Part shown: positions 8,148 to 17,894 of the stretch, in pieces | How positions within the stretch are numbered: the first letter of the stretch is position 1 | Layout of the letters: each line of letters starts with the position of its first letter | Origin: Lysobacterales bacterium | GTDB lineage: Bacteria; Pseudomonadota; Gammaproteobacteria; Xanthomonadales; SZUA-5 | DNA: 37,514 nt | Reading direction: 5' to 3' | Assembly (NCBI GenBank): GCA_022844165.1 | Contig: JALHMH010000043.1 | Span: 1-37,514, forward strand | Program-made: the position numbers and the translations under genes | The notes under the pieces: generated by a model | Databases searched by the model: none | The model's input: only the letters and a program-made list of their open reading frames with translations | Told to the model about the DNA's origin: nothing

Positions 8148-9305
8148 ATGAGTACCGCCAACGAACATCCCGCGACTTCATCCGTGTTGCACGCTGCGCA
8201 GATCGAAGAAGCTATGAGTGAGACAATCGTCGAAGCGAGGCGCAGGGTTGGGCAGGCGGCGCACCAGGTTGAAACCGCTGCGATGGATGCGATGGAGTCT
8301 GCTCGAGCCTGCGCCAGCGAGGCCAAGGACCGGGCGCAGGTTGCAATCGACGGCACGGTGATTCGGACTCGGGGTTTGTGGCGCCGCGCCGTCCTGGCAG
8401 TGGTCAATTGGTTCGACACGGCCCATCAGCCTGCTGTCGATCCAGCGGCGCTGGATCGAATCGCATGGTTGCGTATCCTCCCATTCATCGGCCTTCATGT
8501 GGCCTGCATCGGCGTTTTTTTTACAGGCGTGAGCTGGTTCGCGTTCCTGGTCGCTGTGCTGTTGTACGTCATTCGCATGTTTGCGATCACTGGGTTCTAC
8601 CACCGCTATTTTTCGCATAAATCGTTCAAGACGTCGCGCCCGATGCAGTTTCTTTTCGGACTGATTGGGGCGAGTTCCGTGCAGCGCGGTCCGCTCTGGT
8701 GGGCGGCGCACCACCGGCACCATCATCGACATTCCGACCAACCAGGCGACCTGCATTCGCCAGTGCAACACAGTTTTTGGCGCAGCCATATGGGCTGGTT
8801 CCTCACGCCCAGAGCATTTCCCACCGACGCGGCGGCGATCCCCGATCTGGTCAAATTTCCTGAGCTCAGGTTCTTGGATCGCTTCGATATATTTGTGCCC
8901 GTAGCTCTGGCGACAGGCCTCTTTGTGCTCGGCGGCTTGCTCGAAGAGCATGTCCCGGGTCTTGGAACAAGCGGCCCACAGCTCCTGTTCTGGGGTTTTT
9001 TTGTGTCGACCGTCGTGCTGTTTCATGCCACCGTTACGATCAACTCGCTGGCCCACGTCTGGGGCAAACGGCGTTACAACACACGCGATCAATCGCGGAA
9101 CAACTTTTGGTTGGCGTTGCTCACCTTTGGCGAGGGCTGGCACAACAACCACCATCACTTTCCCGGTGCGGCGCGGCAGGGTTTTTTCTGGTGGGAGATC
9201 GATCTGACCTGGTACGCATTGAAGATCCTGTCCTTTGTCGGTTTGATTTGGGACTTAAAACCGGTACCGGATCGTATCAGGCGTGGTCAACGGGTTCGGG
9301 GGTGA
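8148..9305 (+). CDS. Acyl-CoA/acyl-lipid delta-9-type fatty acid desaturase
   Basis: His boxes HRYFSH, HRHHHRH and GEGWHNNHH; TM segments. Start may be 8148 or a later ATG. Confidence 0.93.
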   Translation: MSTANEHPATSSVLHAAQIEEAMSETIVEARRRVGQAAHQVETAAMDAMESARACASEAKDRAQVAIDGTVIRTRGLWRRAVLAVVNWFDTAHQPAVDPAALDRIAWLRILPFIGLHVACIGVFFTGVSWFAFLVAVLLYVIRMFAITGFYHRYFSHKSFKTSRPMQFLFGLIGASSVQRGPLWWAAHHRHHHRHSDQPGDLHSPVQHSFWRSHMGWFLTPRAFPTDAAAIPDLVKFPELRFLDRFDIFVPVALATGLFVLGGLLEEHVPGLGTSGPQLLFWGFFVSTVVLFHATVTINSLAHVWGKRRYNTRDQSRNNFWLALLTFGEGWHNNHHHFPGAARQGFFWWEIDLTWYALKILSFVGLIWDLKPVPDRIRRGQRVRG

Positions 9306-9358
9306 TGCGGTTGCGACAGAGGCTTCAGGCGTAGTTCGGAAGCGGAAGTTGCATGCCA

Positions 9359-9516
9359 CCAGAGTCCTTGCCGGAGCGGGATCTGGACAAATGAGTCAAA
9401 TTTTATTCGAAGCGGCTTTCGCTCCTGAAGCCGCGCGCGAAGCGCGCGGGGTTGTGGCAAGTACGCTGCCGAGCGAAGCCAACAATGCTCGGCGGTCTGA
9501 GGCGAAGCCTCGCCAG
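9359..9516 (-). repeat. Solo inverted copy of repeat family R1 flanked by a CCAG direct repeat
   Basis: Reverse complement reads CTGG-CGAGGCTTCGCCTCAGACCGCCGAGCATTG...CCACAACCCC-GCGCGCTTCGCGCGC-GGCTTC...TTTGACTCATTTGTC...CAAGGACT-CTGG, matching the units at 115-540. Confidence 0.92.
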
Positions 9517-9657
9517 AGCTGTAGCCTGGGACCAAACGATTGGATCGAAGCACTCTAAGGACTTTTCCGTGGCGCTCTTGACTTACGTGTTTCATCGCAA
9601 CTGGGCGCATGCCAACCGGCAAGCTGCGAGTATCAGCCCACAACCTGCAACCAATTT

Positions 9658-10902
9658 ATGCGTATAGCCATCATCGGTAGTGGGATCGCAGGCTTGGGTG
9701 CGGCATACCTGCTGTCGCGTGCGCATGACGTTGTCGTGTATGAAGCCGAAGCACGGCTTGGTGGACATACGCATACACACCGGATTGATGAAGGCCATAG
9801 TGCAGTACACGTCGATTCTGGCTTTATCGTCTTCAATCCTGACCACTATCCCAATCTGGTCAGATTGTTTAGGGAACTCGATGTCGCGACGCAGCCGACA
9901 ACGATGAGCTTCTCGATGAAGAACGAACTGAGCGGTCTGGAATACAACGCAACCGACCTCAGTCGTCTGTTCTGCCAGCGGCGGAATCTGGTCAGCCCAT
10001 ACTTCTGGGGCATGGTGCGCGGAATCTTGCGCTTTTACCGCGAAGCGCCAGCATTGCTGGACGGAGAGGGTGATGGCCCTACGCTAGGCCAGTACCTTGC
10101 AATGCACGGCTACAGCGAAGGGTTCGCATATGACCATTTGATCCCCATGGCGTCGGCTTTGTGGTCTTCTCCGTCGGCTCAGGTGCTCGATTTCCCGGCC
10201 AGGTATTTGGTGCAGTTCATGGCCAATCACCGCATGCTTGATGCCGGGAACCGCCCGCCATGGAGCGTCGTCACTGGCGGGTCGGCGCGATATCTGGATC
10301 GTCTCTCGCCGAAAATCCGCGGCGAATTCCGGCTCGCAAGCGTGGTGCGTTCGGTGGCAAGAACCCACGCGGGCGTAGCGGTGCAAACCGCCGATGACCT
10401 CAGTCGTTTCGATCATGTAGTCCTGGCCTGCCACAGTGACCAGGCATTGGCGTTGTTGCAGCAGCCCTCTGTTGCCGAACGTGATGTGCTCGGCGCGATG
10501 ACGTATCAACGCAATGAAACGGTGTTGCACACCGACATCAGTCTGCTGCCCAAACGTCGCGCGGCTTGGGCGGCATGGAATGCGCTGCGTTTTGCGGGTG
10601 GCGAAGGCGCCTGCACCGTGAGTTATTCGATGAATCTGCTGCAGGGGTTGCGATCGCAGAGTCAATATGTGGTGACCCTTAACGCCACGTCGCGAATCGA
10701 CCCGGGCAAGATCATTGCTCGTATGAACTATGCCCATCCGATTTACACCCATGCCTCGGTGGCGGCGCAGAAGCGCTTCGACGAGATCAACAACGTCGAC
10801 GGCATCTCCTACTGCGGCGCTTACTGGGGTTGGGGTTTTCACGAAGACGGGCTGCGCTCGGGTGTGCGCGTGGCAGAGCGGCTGGGCGTGCCGTGGAGCT
10901 GA
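9658..10902 (+). CDS. FAD-dependent oxidoreductase (amine oxidase family; UfaD-like)
   Basis: Rossmann motif IAIIGSGIAG; RLGGHTHT, VDSGFIVFN, CGAYWGWGFHEDG. Confidence 0.9.
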   Translation: MRIAIIGSGIAGLGAAYLLSRAHDVVVYEAEARLGGHTHTHRIDEGHSAVHVDSGFIVFNPDHYPNLVRLFRELDVATQPTTMSFSMKNELSGLEYNATDLSRLFCQRRNLVSPYFWGMVRGILRFYREAPALLDGEGDGPTLGQYLAMHGYSEGFAYDHLIPMASALWSSPSAQVLDFPARYLVQFMANHRMLDAGNRPPWSVVTGGSARYLDRLSPKIRGEFRLASVVRSVARTHAGVAVQTADDLSRFDHVVLACHSDQALALLQQPSVAERDVLGAMTYQRNETVLHTDISLLPKRRAAWAAWNALRFAGGEGACTVSYSMNLLQGLRSQSQYVVTLNATSRIDPGKIIARMNYAHPIYTHASVAAQKRFDEINNVDGISYCGAYWGWGFHEDGLRSGVRVAERLGVPWS

Positions 10903-11660
10903 AGTCATGCCTGTATGTCGGTCAGGTGCGGCATCGTCGATTTCGTCCCCACCCGCATGGTTTTCGCTATCGCTTTGCGCAGTTTTATCTCGATCTCGAC
11001 GAGCTGCCGGTGTTGGCTCAGCGCCTAAGCCGGTTGCGGTTTGAGCGTGGATGGCTGTTGAGCTTCCAGCGCGCCGATTATTTCGGCGCCCAGAGCGATG
11101 ATTTGAAGGGCGCGGTGCTCGATGCCGTGGAGCAACAGAGCGGTTCCAGACCCGATGGTGCTGTGCGCTTGTTGACGCACGTCCGTACGCTGGGGCGCGT
11201 TTTCAATCCGGTGAGTTTCTACTATTGCTTCGATCGCAACGAGCAACTTCATAGCGTGCTCGCTGAGATTACCAACACGCCCTGGAACGAGCGTCATGCT
11301 TACGTGCTGAGTGTTGCACGCGCGGCGCCGCTGCGCGAGTCGTTGTGGCGCTGGGATTTCGACAAGGCATTCCACGTGTCGCCGTTTTTGCCGATGAAGC
11401 TGCGATATGACTGGCGGTTCTCTTTGCCTTCCGATCACCTGGCGGTACACATGCGCGTTCGCGACGGCGATGCTGAAATGTTCGACGCAACGCTGGGCCT
11501 GAAGCGGCGTGAACTTTCCGATGCCGCACTCACGCGATTTCTACTTTGTTATCCCGCGATGGCGACGCAGGTTGTCCTTAAAATCTATTGGAATGCGCTG
11601 CGGATTCGAATGAAGCGCAACCCCTTCTTCAATCACCCCGCGAAAGGAGCCGCGCCATGA
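10893..11660 (+). CDS. DUF1365 family protein (UfaO-like)
   Basis: LYVGQVRHRRFRP, FNPVSFYYC, EITNTPWNERHAY, KAFHVSPF; GTG start overlaps the upstream gene. Confidence 0.9.
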   Translation: MELKSCLYVGQVRHRRFRPHPHGFRYRFAQFYLDLDELPVLAQRLSRLRFERGWLLSFQRADYFGAQSDDLKGAVLDAVEQQSGSRPDGAVRLLTHVRTLGRVFNPVSFYYCFDRNEQLHSVLAEITNTPWNERHAYVLSVARAAPLRESLWRWDFDKAFHVSPFLPMKLRYDWRFSLPSDHLAVHMRVRDGDAEMFDATLGLKRRELSDAALTRFLLCYPAMATQVVLKIYWNALRIRMKRNPFFNHPAKGAAP

Positions 11661-12937
11661 CCGATGAGCATGCAGAATCGCTTTCGCTGACCAGCGTCGC
11701 CGATATCACCGGCTCGTTTTTCAAACGCAATCTGCTGAAGAAGTTGACGCAGCTCACGCAAGGGCGATTGACGCTGATCGACCGTAGCGAGCGCTATCGC
11801 TTTGGATCAGCCCGGCATGACGAGGACTTGCATGCCGAGGTTCGCGTTTTGGACCCAGAGACCTACCAGCGTATGGCGCTGGGCGGTAGCGTTGGTGTTG
11901 CTGAAGCTTACATGGACGGCGCTTGGGAGGTCGACGATCTCACTGCACTGGTGCGAATTTTCGTGCGCAACCGGGACGTGCTCGATGGCATGGAGAGTGG
12001 CATCGCGAGGTTCGCTACGGGAGCGTTGAAGCTCTGGCATCAATGGCGGCGGAACAGCAAATCAGGGAGTCGGCGCAACATCGCCGCGCACTATGACCTG
12101 GGCAACGACTTCTTCGAGTTGTTTCTTGATCCCACCTTGATGTATTCGAGCGCGATTTACGCCGACGAAGCAGAAACGCTCGAAGCGGCGCAACAACGTA
12201 AGCTTGACCGAATCTGTCGAAAGCTGGACCTGAAGCCTGGAGAAAGCCTGGTCGAGATCGGCACGGGCTGGGGCGGGTTTGCGCTGCATGCAGCGAAACA
12301 CTACGGCGTGCAGGTCACCACCACAACGATCAGTCAGCGGCAGCATGATCTTGCGAAGAATCGAATCCACGCCGAAGGTCTTCAGGACCGTGTGACGCTG
12401 TTGCTTCGCGACTATCGCGAACTCGAGGGGAAGTACGACAAGCTGGTGTCGATCGAGATGATCGAAGCGGTGGGTCACCAGTACCTCGACACCTATTTCG
12501 CCAAAGTATCGGCGCTCCTGAAGAACGATGGTCTCGGGCTGATCCAAGCCATTACGATCGAGGATCACCGTTATCGACAGGCGCTCAAAGAGGTCGACTT
12601 CATCAAGCGCCACATTTTTCCCGGCAGTTTTATCCCCTCGGTGAGTGCGATGGTTGGCTCATTCGCGAGTGTCAGCGATCTGCGATTGATCAATCTGGAG
12701 GATTTCGGGGCATCCTACGCACTCACACTGAAAGCCTGGCGCGAGCGATTCTTGCAGCGCCTGTCGCAGGTACGGCTGCAAGGGTACTCGGATGCGTTTT
12801 CGCGAATGTGGCACTACTACTTCGCTTACTGCGAAGGCGGATTCCTGGAACGTTCGATTAGCGATGTGCATATGCTCCTGGCGAAACCCGGCAACAAACG
12901 CTCACAGTTTCTACCCGATTTAAAGAGCAGAATTTAG
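11657..12937 (+). CDS. cfa: Cyclopropane-fatty-acyl-phospholipid synthase family SAM methyltransferase (UfaM-like)
   Basis: NIAAHYDLGNDFF, EIGTGWGG, VSIEMIEAVG, IFPG, YCEGGF; AAGGAG RBS and ATGA overlap. Confidence 0.92.
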   Translation: MTDEHAESLSLTSVADITGSFFKRNLLKKLTQLTQGRLTLIDRSERYRFGSARHDEDLHAEVRVLDPETYQRMALGGSVGVAEAYMDGAWEVDDLTALVRIFVRNRDVLDGMESGIARFATGALKLWHQWRRNSKSGSRRNIAAHYDLGNDFFELFLDPTLMYSSAIYADEAETLEAAQQRKLDRICRKLDLKPGESLVEIGTGWGGFALHAAKHYGVQVTTTTISQRQHDLAKNRIHAEGLQDRVTLLLRDYRELEGKYDKLVSIEMIEAVGHQYLDTYFAKVSALLKNDGLGLIQAITIEDHRYRQALKEVDFIKRHIFPGSFIPSVSAMVGSFASVSDLRLINLEDFGASYALTLKAWRERFLQRLSQVRLQGYSDAFSRMWHYYFAYCEGGFLERSISDVHMLLAKPGNKRSQFLPDLKSRI

Positions 12938-13020
12938 CAGAGGTGATGGCTGGGAGCTTGATTGCTCGAACAGGCAATCGCTCCAACTCACAACCGGGAA
13001 GCGAGGAAACCAAACGCACC

Positions 13021-13557
13021 ATGCATATCCTCTTAAATCTTGTGTTGTTTCAGATCGCCTGGGTGGTGACTGTGGCAGGGGCGGGCGCCGGCTACTGGTG
13101 GGCGGGTCTGGTTGCGACAGCTGTGCTCGCGGCGGTTGTTTTCAAGCTGTCGCCCTGGCCGAGGACCGACTTTGCGCTGCTTTGCGTCGCCTGTCTCGTG
13201 GGTGTTGTCATCGATTCTGCATATGTGCAGCTAGGCCTTCTGCGCTACGTCGAGCCGGTGCCGTTTGGCAGCCTTGCTCCCATCTGGATCATTGCCATGT
13301 GGATGAGTTTCGCGCTCACGTTGAACCATTCGATGCGCTTCTTCAAGGGCAAGCCGCTGTTATCGGCTGTCTTTGGGCTGGTGGGCGGTCCGCTTGCCTA
13401 CTGGGTGGCGCAGTCCAAGTTTGCGGCCGTCGAGTTTTTGATGGAGCCGTTTTGGGTCTTCGTTGTTCTCGGTATCGCCTGGGCGGCCATCACGCCGCTA
13501 CTGCTGCATCTGGCGTCGATGTGGCTGCCACGATTCGATCCGGCGCCGGGGACATGA
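13021..13557 (+). CDS. DUF2878 family membrane protein
   Basis: LLNLVLFQIAW, PIWIIAMWMSFALTLNHS, GGPLAY; multiple TMs; typical position after cfa. Confidence 0.82.
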   Translation: MHILLNLVLFQIAWVVTVAGAGAGYWWAGLVATAVLAAVVFKLSPWPRTDFALLCVACLVGVVIDSAYVQLGLLRYVEPVPFGSLAPIWIIAMWMSFALTLNHSMRFFKGKPLLSAVFGLVGGPLAYWVAQSKFAAVEFLMEPFWVFVVLGIAWAAITPLLLHLASMWLPRFDPAPGT

Positions 13558-14327
13558 GCGCAACGCCGCTGCTTGTGGTTTGGGCCGTGGCGGCGGCTGC
13601 GATGGTTGGCGTTTGGTTTGTGCAACTTCGTACGCGCAACACGGGTTACGTCGATGTGGCCTGGGCCGCATTGTTGGGTTGCGCGGCCTTGTATTACGGT
13701 GTTGTTGCGGAAGGCGCCCTGCTGCCTCGAGCGCTCGTCGCTGTGTTGGCAGCAACGTGGGGATTTCGCCTGGCCTTGCATCTACTGCACCGTGTGCGCA
13801 ACGAAAAGGAAGACGGCCGTTATGCCTTCCTGCGTCAACACTGGCAGGACAACCAATACAAGCACTTCGGATTTTTTCAGGCGCAGGCACTACTGGTCGT
13901 AATGTTCTCGGTGCCGTTTCTGGTTGCTGCCAACAACCCAGATGGCGAGCTCAGCATCTGGTTTGTGCTCGGCATTCTGATCTGGATCGTAAGCCTTGTC
14001 GGCGAATCGATCGCCGATATGCAGTTGGCCCGATTTCGCAATAATCCGCAGAACAGAGGCAAGACCTGTCGCGATGGGCTGTGGCGGTATTCGCGGCATC
14101 CGAATTACTTTTTCGAGTGGTTGCACTGGTTCGCTTACCTGTTTCTGGCCTTCGGTGCGCCCATGGCCTGGCTGGCGGTCTTGGGGCCGCTGGTCATGCT
14201 CGTGACGCTGTGCTGGATGACCGGTATCCCTTTCGTCGAGGCGCAGGCGCTGCGTTCGCGAGGCGATGACTATCGCGAATATCAGCGAACGACGAGCCCG
14301 CTGATCCCGTGGCCTCCCAGGGCTTGA
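13554..14327 (+). CDS. DUF1295 family (steroid 5-alpha-reductase-like) membrane protein
   Basis: VDVAW, EDGRY, ESIADMQL, GLWRYSRHPNYFFEW; ATGA overlap with upstream stop. Confidence 0.9.
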   Translation: MSATPLLVVWAVAAAAMVGVWFVQLRTRNTGYVDVAWAALLGCAALYYGVVAEGALLPRALVAVLAATWGFRLALHLLHRVRNEKEDGRYAFLRQHWQDNQYKHFGFFQAQALLVVMFSVPFLVAANNPDGELSIWFVLGILIWIVSLVGESIADMQLARFRNNPQNRGKTCRDGLWRYSRHPNYFFEWLHWFAYLFLAFGAPMAWLAVLGPLVMLVTLCWMTGIPFVEAQALRSRGDDYREYQRTTSPLIPWPPRA

Positions 14328-14351
14328 AGCACAGCGCTCAATGCCGCGCCG

Positions 14352-16193
14352 TCAGGCTTGTTCGGCACGCTCAGCGATCTGCAACCACTCGGCTTCAGCG
14401 GCTTCGCGTGCAGCACTGGCGGCCTTCAACGCATTGGCCAGACGCGCCAACTCGGCGTGTGAGCTGCCGTCTCCCGCAGCACGATCGAGCGCTGCCTGAG
14501 CCGCACTCTCGGAGGCGCTTGCGCGATTCAGCGTTTCTTCGGCACGTTTAAGCTGGTTGTTCGTTCGCCGCGGCTTCTGCGCGGTCGGTTTCGGCGTTTC
14601 CGCTGGTGCCACTGCCGCCGCACTGCCTTCGCCTCGAAGCAGTTTTGCATAGTCGTCGAGATCGCCGGTGTATTCGTCTACGCTGCCTTGGTAAACGCGC
14701 ACGAAGCGATCGCAAACGCTTTCCAGCAACGCCCGATCATGGCTGACCAGAACCACGGCACCGGCGAAGTCTGCGAGCGCTTCAACGAGCGCGGCGCGGG
14801 CGGCCATATCGAGATGATTAGTGGGTTCATCCAACAACAGCAGGTTAGGTTTTCTGGCTAACAAAAGCGCCAGCGCAAGGCGCGCCTTTTCGCCGCCAGA
14901 TCGCGGCCCGATGTCGGTGGTCGCCAGATCACCGCCATACCCGAAGCCACCCAGGTAGTTGCGTGCGGCTTGATCAGAGAAGCCTGGCTCTTTCTCGCGC
15001 AGCAGATTCAGCGGAGTGACATCGCTCGGCAACTCTTCCACCTGCGATTGCGCGAAGTAGCCAATCGACAAATCGCGCGGGGCGCGACGCTCGCCATCTT
15101 GCGCATCGAGCACGCCGGCCAGAAGCTTCATTAACGTCGACTTGCCAGCGCCGTTGCGGCCAAGCAAGCCGAGACGATCGCCCGGCGCCAGGAACAGGTT
15201 CACATCACTGATGACGCGCCGCGCGCCGTAACCCGCCGCAGCGGTGTCCAGCGACAGTATCGGATCAGGCAGCTTCGCTGGCGCCGGCATTGTCCAATGC
15301 ACTTCGGACTCAACGCTTGGTATCGGTGCAGCGGAGAGTTTTTCTAGTGCTTTCACGCGACTCTGCGCCTGCCGTGCTTTGCTCGCCTTGGCTTTGAACC
15401 GATCGATAAACTTCTGTAGATGGGCGCGTTGCGCATCTACTTGCGCAGCTTCGCGTTTGGCCTGCTCCACATGCGCGGCGCGCTGTCGCGCAAAGGCGCT
15501 GAAACCGCCGGAGTAGAGCTGCGCGGTGGTGCCGTCCAGGTACAAGGTGTGCGTACAGATCGAGTCCAGAAAGTCGCGATCGTGCGAAATCACGAGCAGC
15601 GTTCCGCTGTAGCGCTTGAGCCACGCTTCGAGCCACAAAACGGTATCGAGATCGAGGTGATTGGTCGGCTCATCGAGTAGCAGCAGGTCGGAGCGCGCCA
15701 TCAAAGTCCGCGCCAGCGCCAGACGCATCCGCCAACCGCCAGAGAATTCGTCGACTGAACGCGACAGATCACTATCGGCGAACCCCAGGCCGCGCAATAG
15801 CTGCGCGCAGCGCGCATCCGCATCCCAATGTCCGGCGTGATCGAGATCGCTGGCCAGATGCGCTACTTCCATACCGTCGCCGTGTTCTTGCGCATCGTCC
15901 CAGCGCTGCCGAAGCGCTGTGAGTAGTTCATCGCCGGCAAGTGCATATGTGAGCGCCGAGGCCTGGCTCTGCGGCATGTGTTGCGCCACGCTGGCGCGCA
16001 CCCAGGTCGGCGGTACGATCAAATCGCCCGCATCGGTGGCGAGATCGCCAGACAATGCGGCAAACAGCGACGATTTGCCGGTGCCATTGCGACCGACAAA
16101 ACCGACGCGCGCTCCGGGCGGGATGTCGAAGTTTGCGCGTTCCATCAGAATGCGCGCGCCGCGTGCCAACGTCATGTTCGAGGCGCGAATCAT
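14352..16193 (-). CDS. ABC-F family ATPase (YheS-like)
   Basis: Two ABC cassettes (GRNGTGKS/FSGGWRMR/LLLLDEPTNHLD and GRNGAGKS/SGGEKAR/LLDEPTNHLD), no TM domains. Confidence 0.93.
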   Translation of the reverse strand: MIRASNMTLARGARILMERANFDIPPGARVGFVGRNGTGKSSLFAALSGDLATDAGDLIVPPTWVRASVAQHMPQSQASALTYALAGDELLTALRQRWDDAQEHGDGMEVAHLASDLDHAGHWDADARCAQLLRGLGFADSDLSRSVDEFSGGWRMRLALARTLMARSDLLLLDEPTNHLDLDTVLWLEAWLKRYSGTLLVISHDRDFLDSICTHTLYLDGTTAQLYSGGFSAFARQRAAHVEQAKREAAQVDAQRAHLQKFIDRFKAKASKARQAQSRVKALEKLSAAPIPSVESEVHWTMPAPAKLPDPILSLDTAAAGYGARRVISDVNLFLAPGDRLGLLGRNGAGKSTLMKLLAGVLDAQDGERRAPRDLSIGYFAQSQVEELPSDVTPLNLLREKEPGFSDQAARNYLGGFGYGGDLATTDIGPRSGGEKARLALALLLARKPNLLLLDEPTNHLDMAARAALVEALADFAGAVVLVSHDRALLESVCDRFVRVYQGSVDEYTGDLDDYAKLLRGEGSAAAVAPAETPKPTAQKPRRTNNQLKRAEETLNRASASESAAQAALDRAAGDGSSHAELARLANALKAASAAREAAEAEWLQIAERAEQA

Positions 16194-16343
16194 CGTGCCC
16201 GACCATCAAAAGTTGACTTGGTTCCCAATACGTTCATGCGCCGATTTGCCGAAATTCATTCAATACCGGCAGAATAGCGGGCTGGACGCCTTCCATGCGG
16301 CCCGCGCGTGAGCGCGATTCACCTCGACGATAAGGATCACCCG

Positions 16344-17045
16344 ATGAACGTTTTCGCCCGCAGCGCGCTGGCGCTGTCCCTGAGTGCGGCTCTGATCGCA
16401 CCTGCCTTCGCTGCCGATGCCTCGCTGAAGACCGAAAAAGACAAAGCCAGCTACATGATCGGCATGACCTTCGGCAAACAGTTGCAGGAAATCAAAGACG
16501 AAGTGGACCTGGCGTTGATCCAGAAAGGCCTGGCCGACAGCATGGGCGGCGGTGCAACGCTGATGACCGATGAAGAAGCGCAGACCGTCAGCAACGACTT
16601 CCGCACCAAGTTGCAAGCCAAGATGCAAGAAAAGCAGAAGGCTGCTGGTGCAGAGAACCAGAAAAAGGCCGACGAATTCCTGGCGAAAAACAAAACAACG
16701 GCTGGCATCAAGAGCACCGAAAGTGGCATGCAGTACCTGGTGATCAAAGAAGGCACCGGCCCGAAGCCCAAAGCGAACGATCAGGTCAAGGTGCACTACA
16801 CCGGCACGTTGATCAATGGCACTAAGTTCGATTCGAGCGTCGATCGTGGCCAACCGGCGACGTTCCCGCTGAACGGCGTCATCGCCGGTTGGACCGAAGC
16901 ACTGCAGTTGATGAATGTTGGCAGCAAGTACAAGCTGTTCATTCCAGGCAAGCTCGCCTACGGCGAAAATGGCCAACCTGCGGGCGGCATTGGCCCGAAT
17001 GAGTTGCTGATTTTCGAAGTCGAGCTGCTGGAAATCCTGAACTAA
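16344..17045 (+). CDS. fkpA: FKBP-type peptidyl-prolyl isomerase (FkpA/Mip-like)
   Basis: Signal peptide; KASYMIG N-domain; VKVHYTGTLINGTKFDSS and VIAGWTEALQLM. Confidence 0.92.
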   Translation: MNVFARSALALSLSAALIAPAFAADASLKTEKDKASYMIGMTFGKQLQEIKDEVDLALIQKGLADSMGGGATLMTDEEAQTVSNDFRTKLQAKMQEKQKAAGAENQKKADEFLAKNKTTAGIKSTESGMQYLVIKEGTGPKPKANDQVKVHYTGTLINGTKFDSSVDRGQPATFPLNGVIAGWTEALQLMNVGSKYKLFIPGKLAYGENGQPAGGIGPNELLIFEVELLEILN

Positions 17046-17064
17046 GTTCGAATTGCTGCAAGAA

Positions 17065-17093
17065 GCTCAGCCGGCCGTGTATGCCGGCTGAGC
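17065..17093 (+). terminator. GC-rich hairpin after fkpA (possible terminator or stabiliser)
   Basis: GCTCAGCCGGC/GCCGGCTGAGC 11-bp stem; no U-tract. Confidence 0.4.
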
Positions 17094-17191
17094 GATCGTG
17101 CTGGCGACAGTTTGCGAACCGCTGTTTGGGGATGGACCGAATCGGCTCCACATCCCGCGTCATTGATGATCAGCCGCCCATACGACGAATT

Positions 17192-17803
17192 ATGATCCGT
17201 TATTCGCTCTTTGCTTGCGCGACGCTCTTGTCCTTCGATGCGTTTGCCGTTTGCAAGTCTGTTAACGAAGCGAGCGACCTTGAGTGTCGCGTGGAAACCG
17301 AGATTGGACCGGGCCCGGTACCACCCAATGTGTCGGATTTCGAGCTTCGGGTGTCTGCCGATGAGACCGTTCGGCTTGGCGTCTGCTCATCGGCTTCCAA
17401 TCGCGTCCCATTGCCGAGCGTCTACTTCGCCGAATTCCGGGTCGTTAATAGCCAAGGCACGTCGGCGCGGGTCGTGTTTTCTCACGATGTGGTGGGACCT
17501 GACAATGTTCTCGTTGCCGAATGGTTCGACGATGGAATGAGTATGGTCCCTTCTGCGGCAAAGCGTCCCGTGGCCACGATTATCCTGCCGTGTCGAGGTG
17601 ATCCGGTGGTACCGGAAACCTTCGTTCATATGAGAGTAGAAGGCAAGGGCGTTGCGCTTTGGAATCACTCCAGCTCGGCATTCTTCGAATTCTCTGGCGT
17701 CGGCGCCGTCACGGTGTCGCCAGTCGGCCTCTATGTCGAACGATTCGTTGTGGGACCAATGCCGTTTCGTATCGATTCGTTGGTGAGGCTGATCGGGCAG
17801 TAG
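17192..17803 (+). CDS. Hypothetical exported protein
   Basis: 203-aa ORF with signal peptide-like MIRYSLFACATLLSFDAFA; fills the gap between fkpA and the kinase; no family recognised. Confidence 0.65.
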   Translation: MIRYSLFACATLLSFDAFAVCKSVNEASDLECRVETEIGPGPVPPNVSDFELRVSADETVRLGVCSSASNRVPLPSVYFAEFRVVNSQGTSARVVFSHDVVGPDNVLVAEWFDDGMSMVPSAAKRPVATIILPCRGDPVVPETFVHMRVEGKGVALWNHSSSAFFEFSGVGAVTVSPVGLYVERFVVGPMPFRIDSLVRLIGQ

Positions 17804-17894
17804 CGTTCGCGCGGAGCGCTACGCCTTCAGGCTATGACCGCAACGGGTTGAGACGACTGACCAAGCGAGGTCTCAACGCATCGACAGTTTGATA

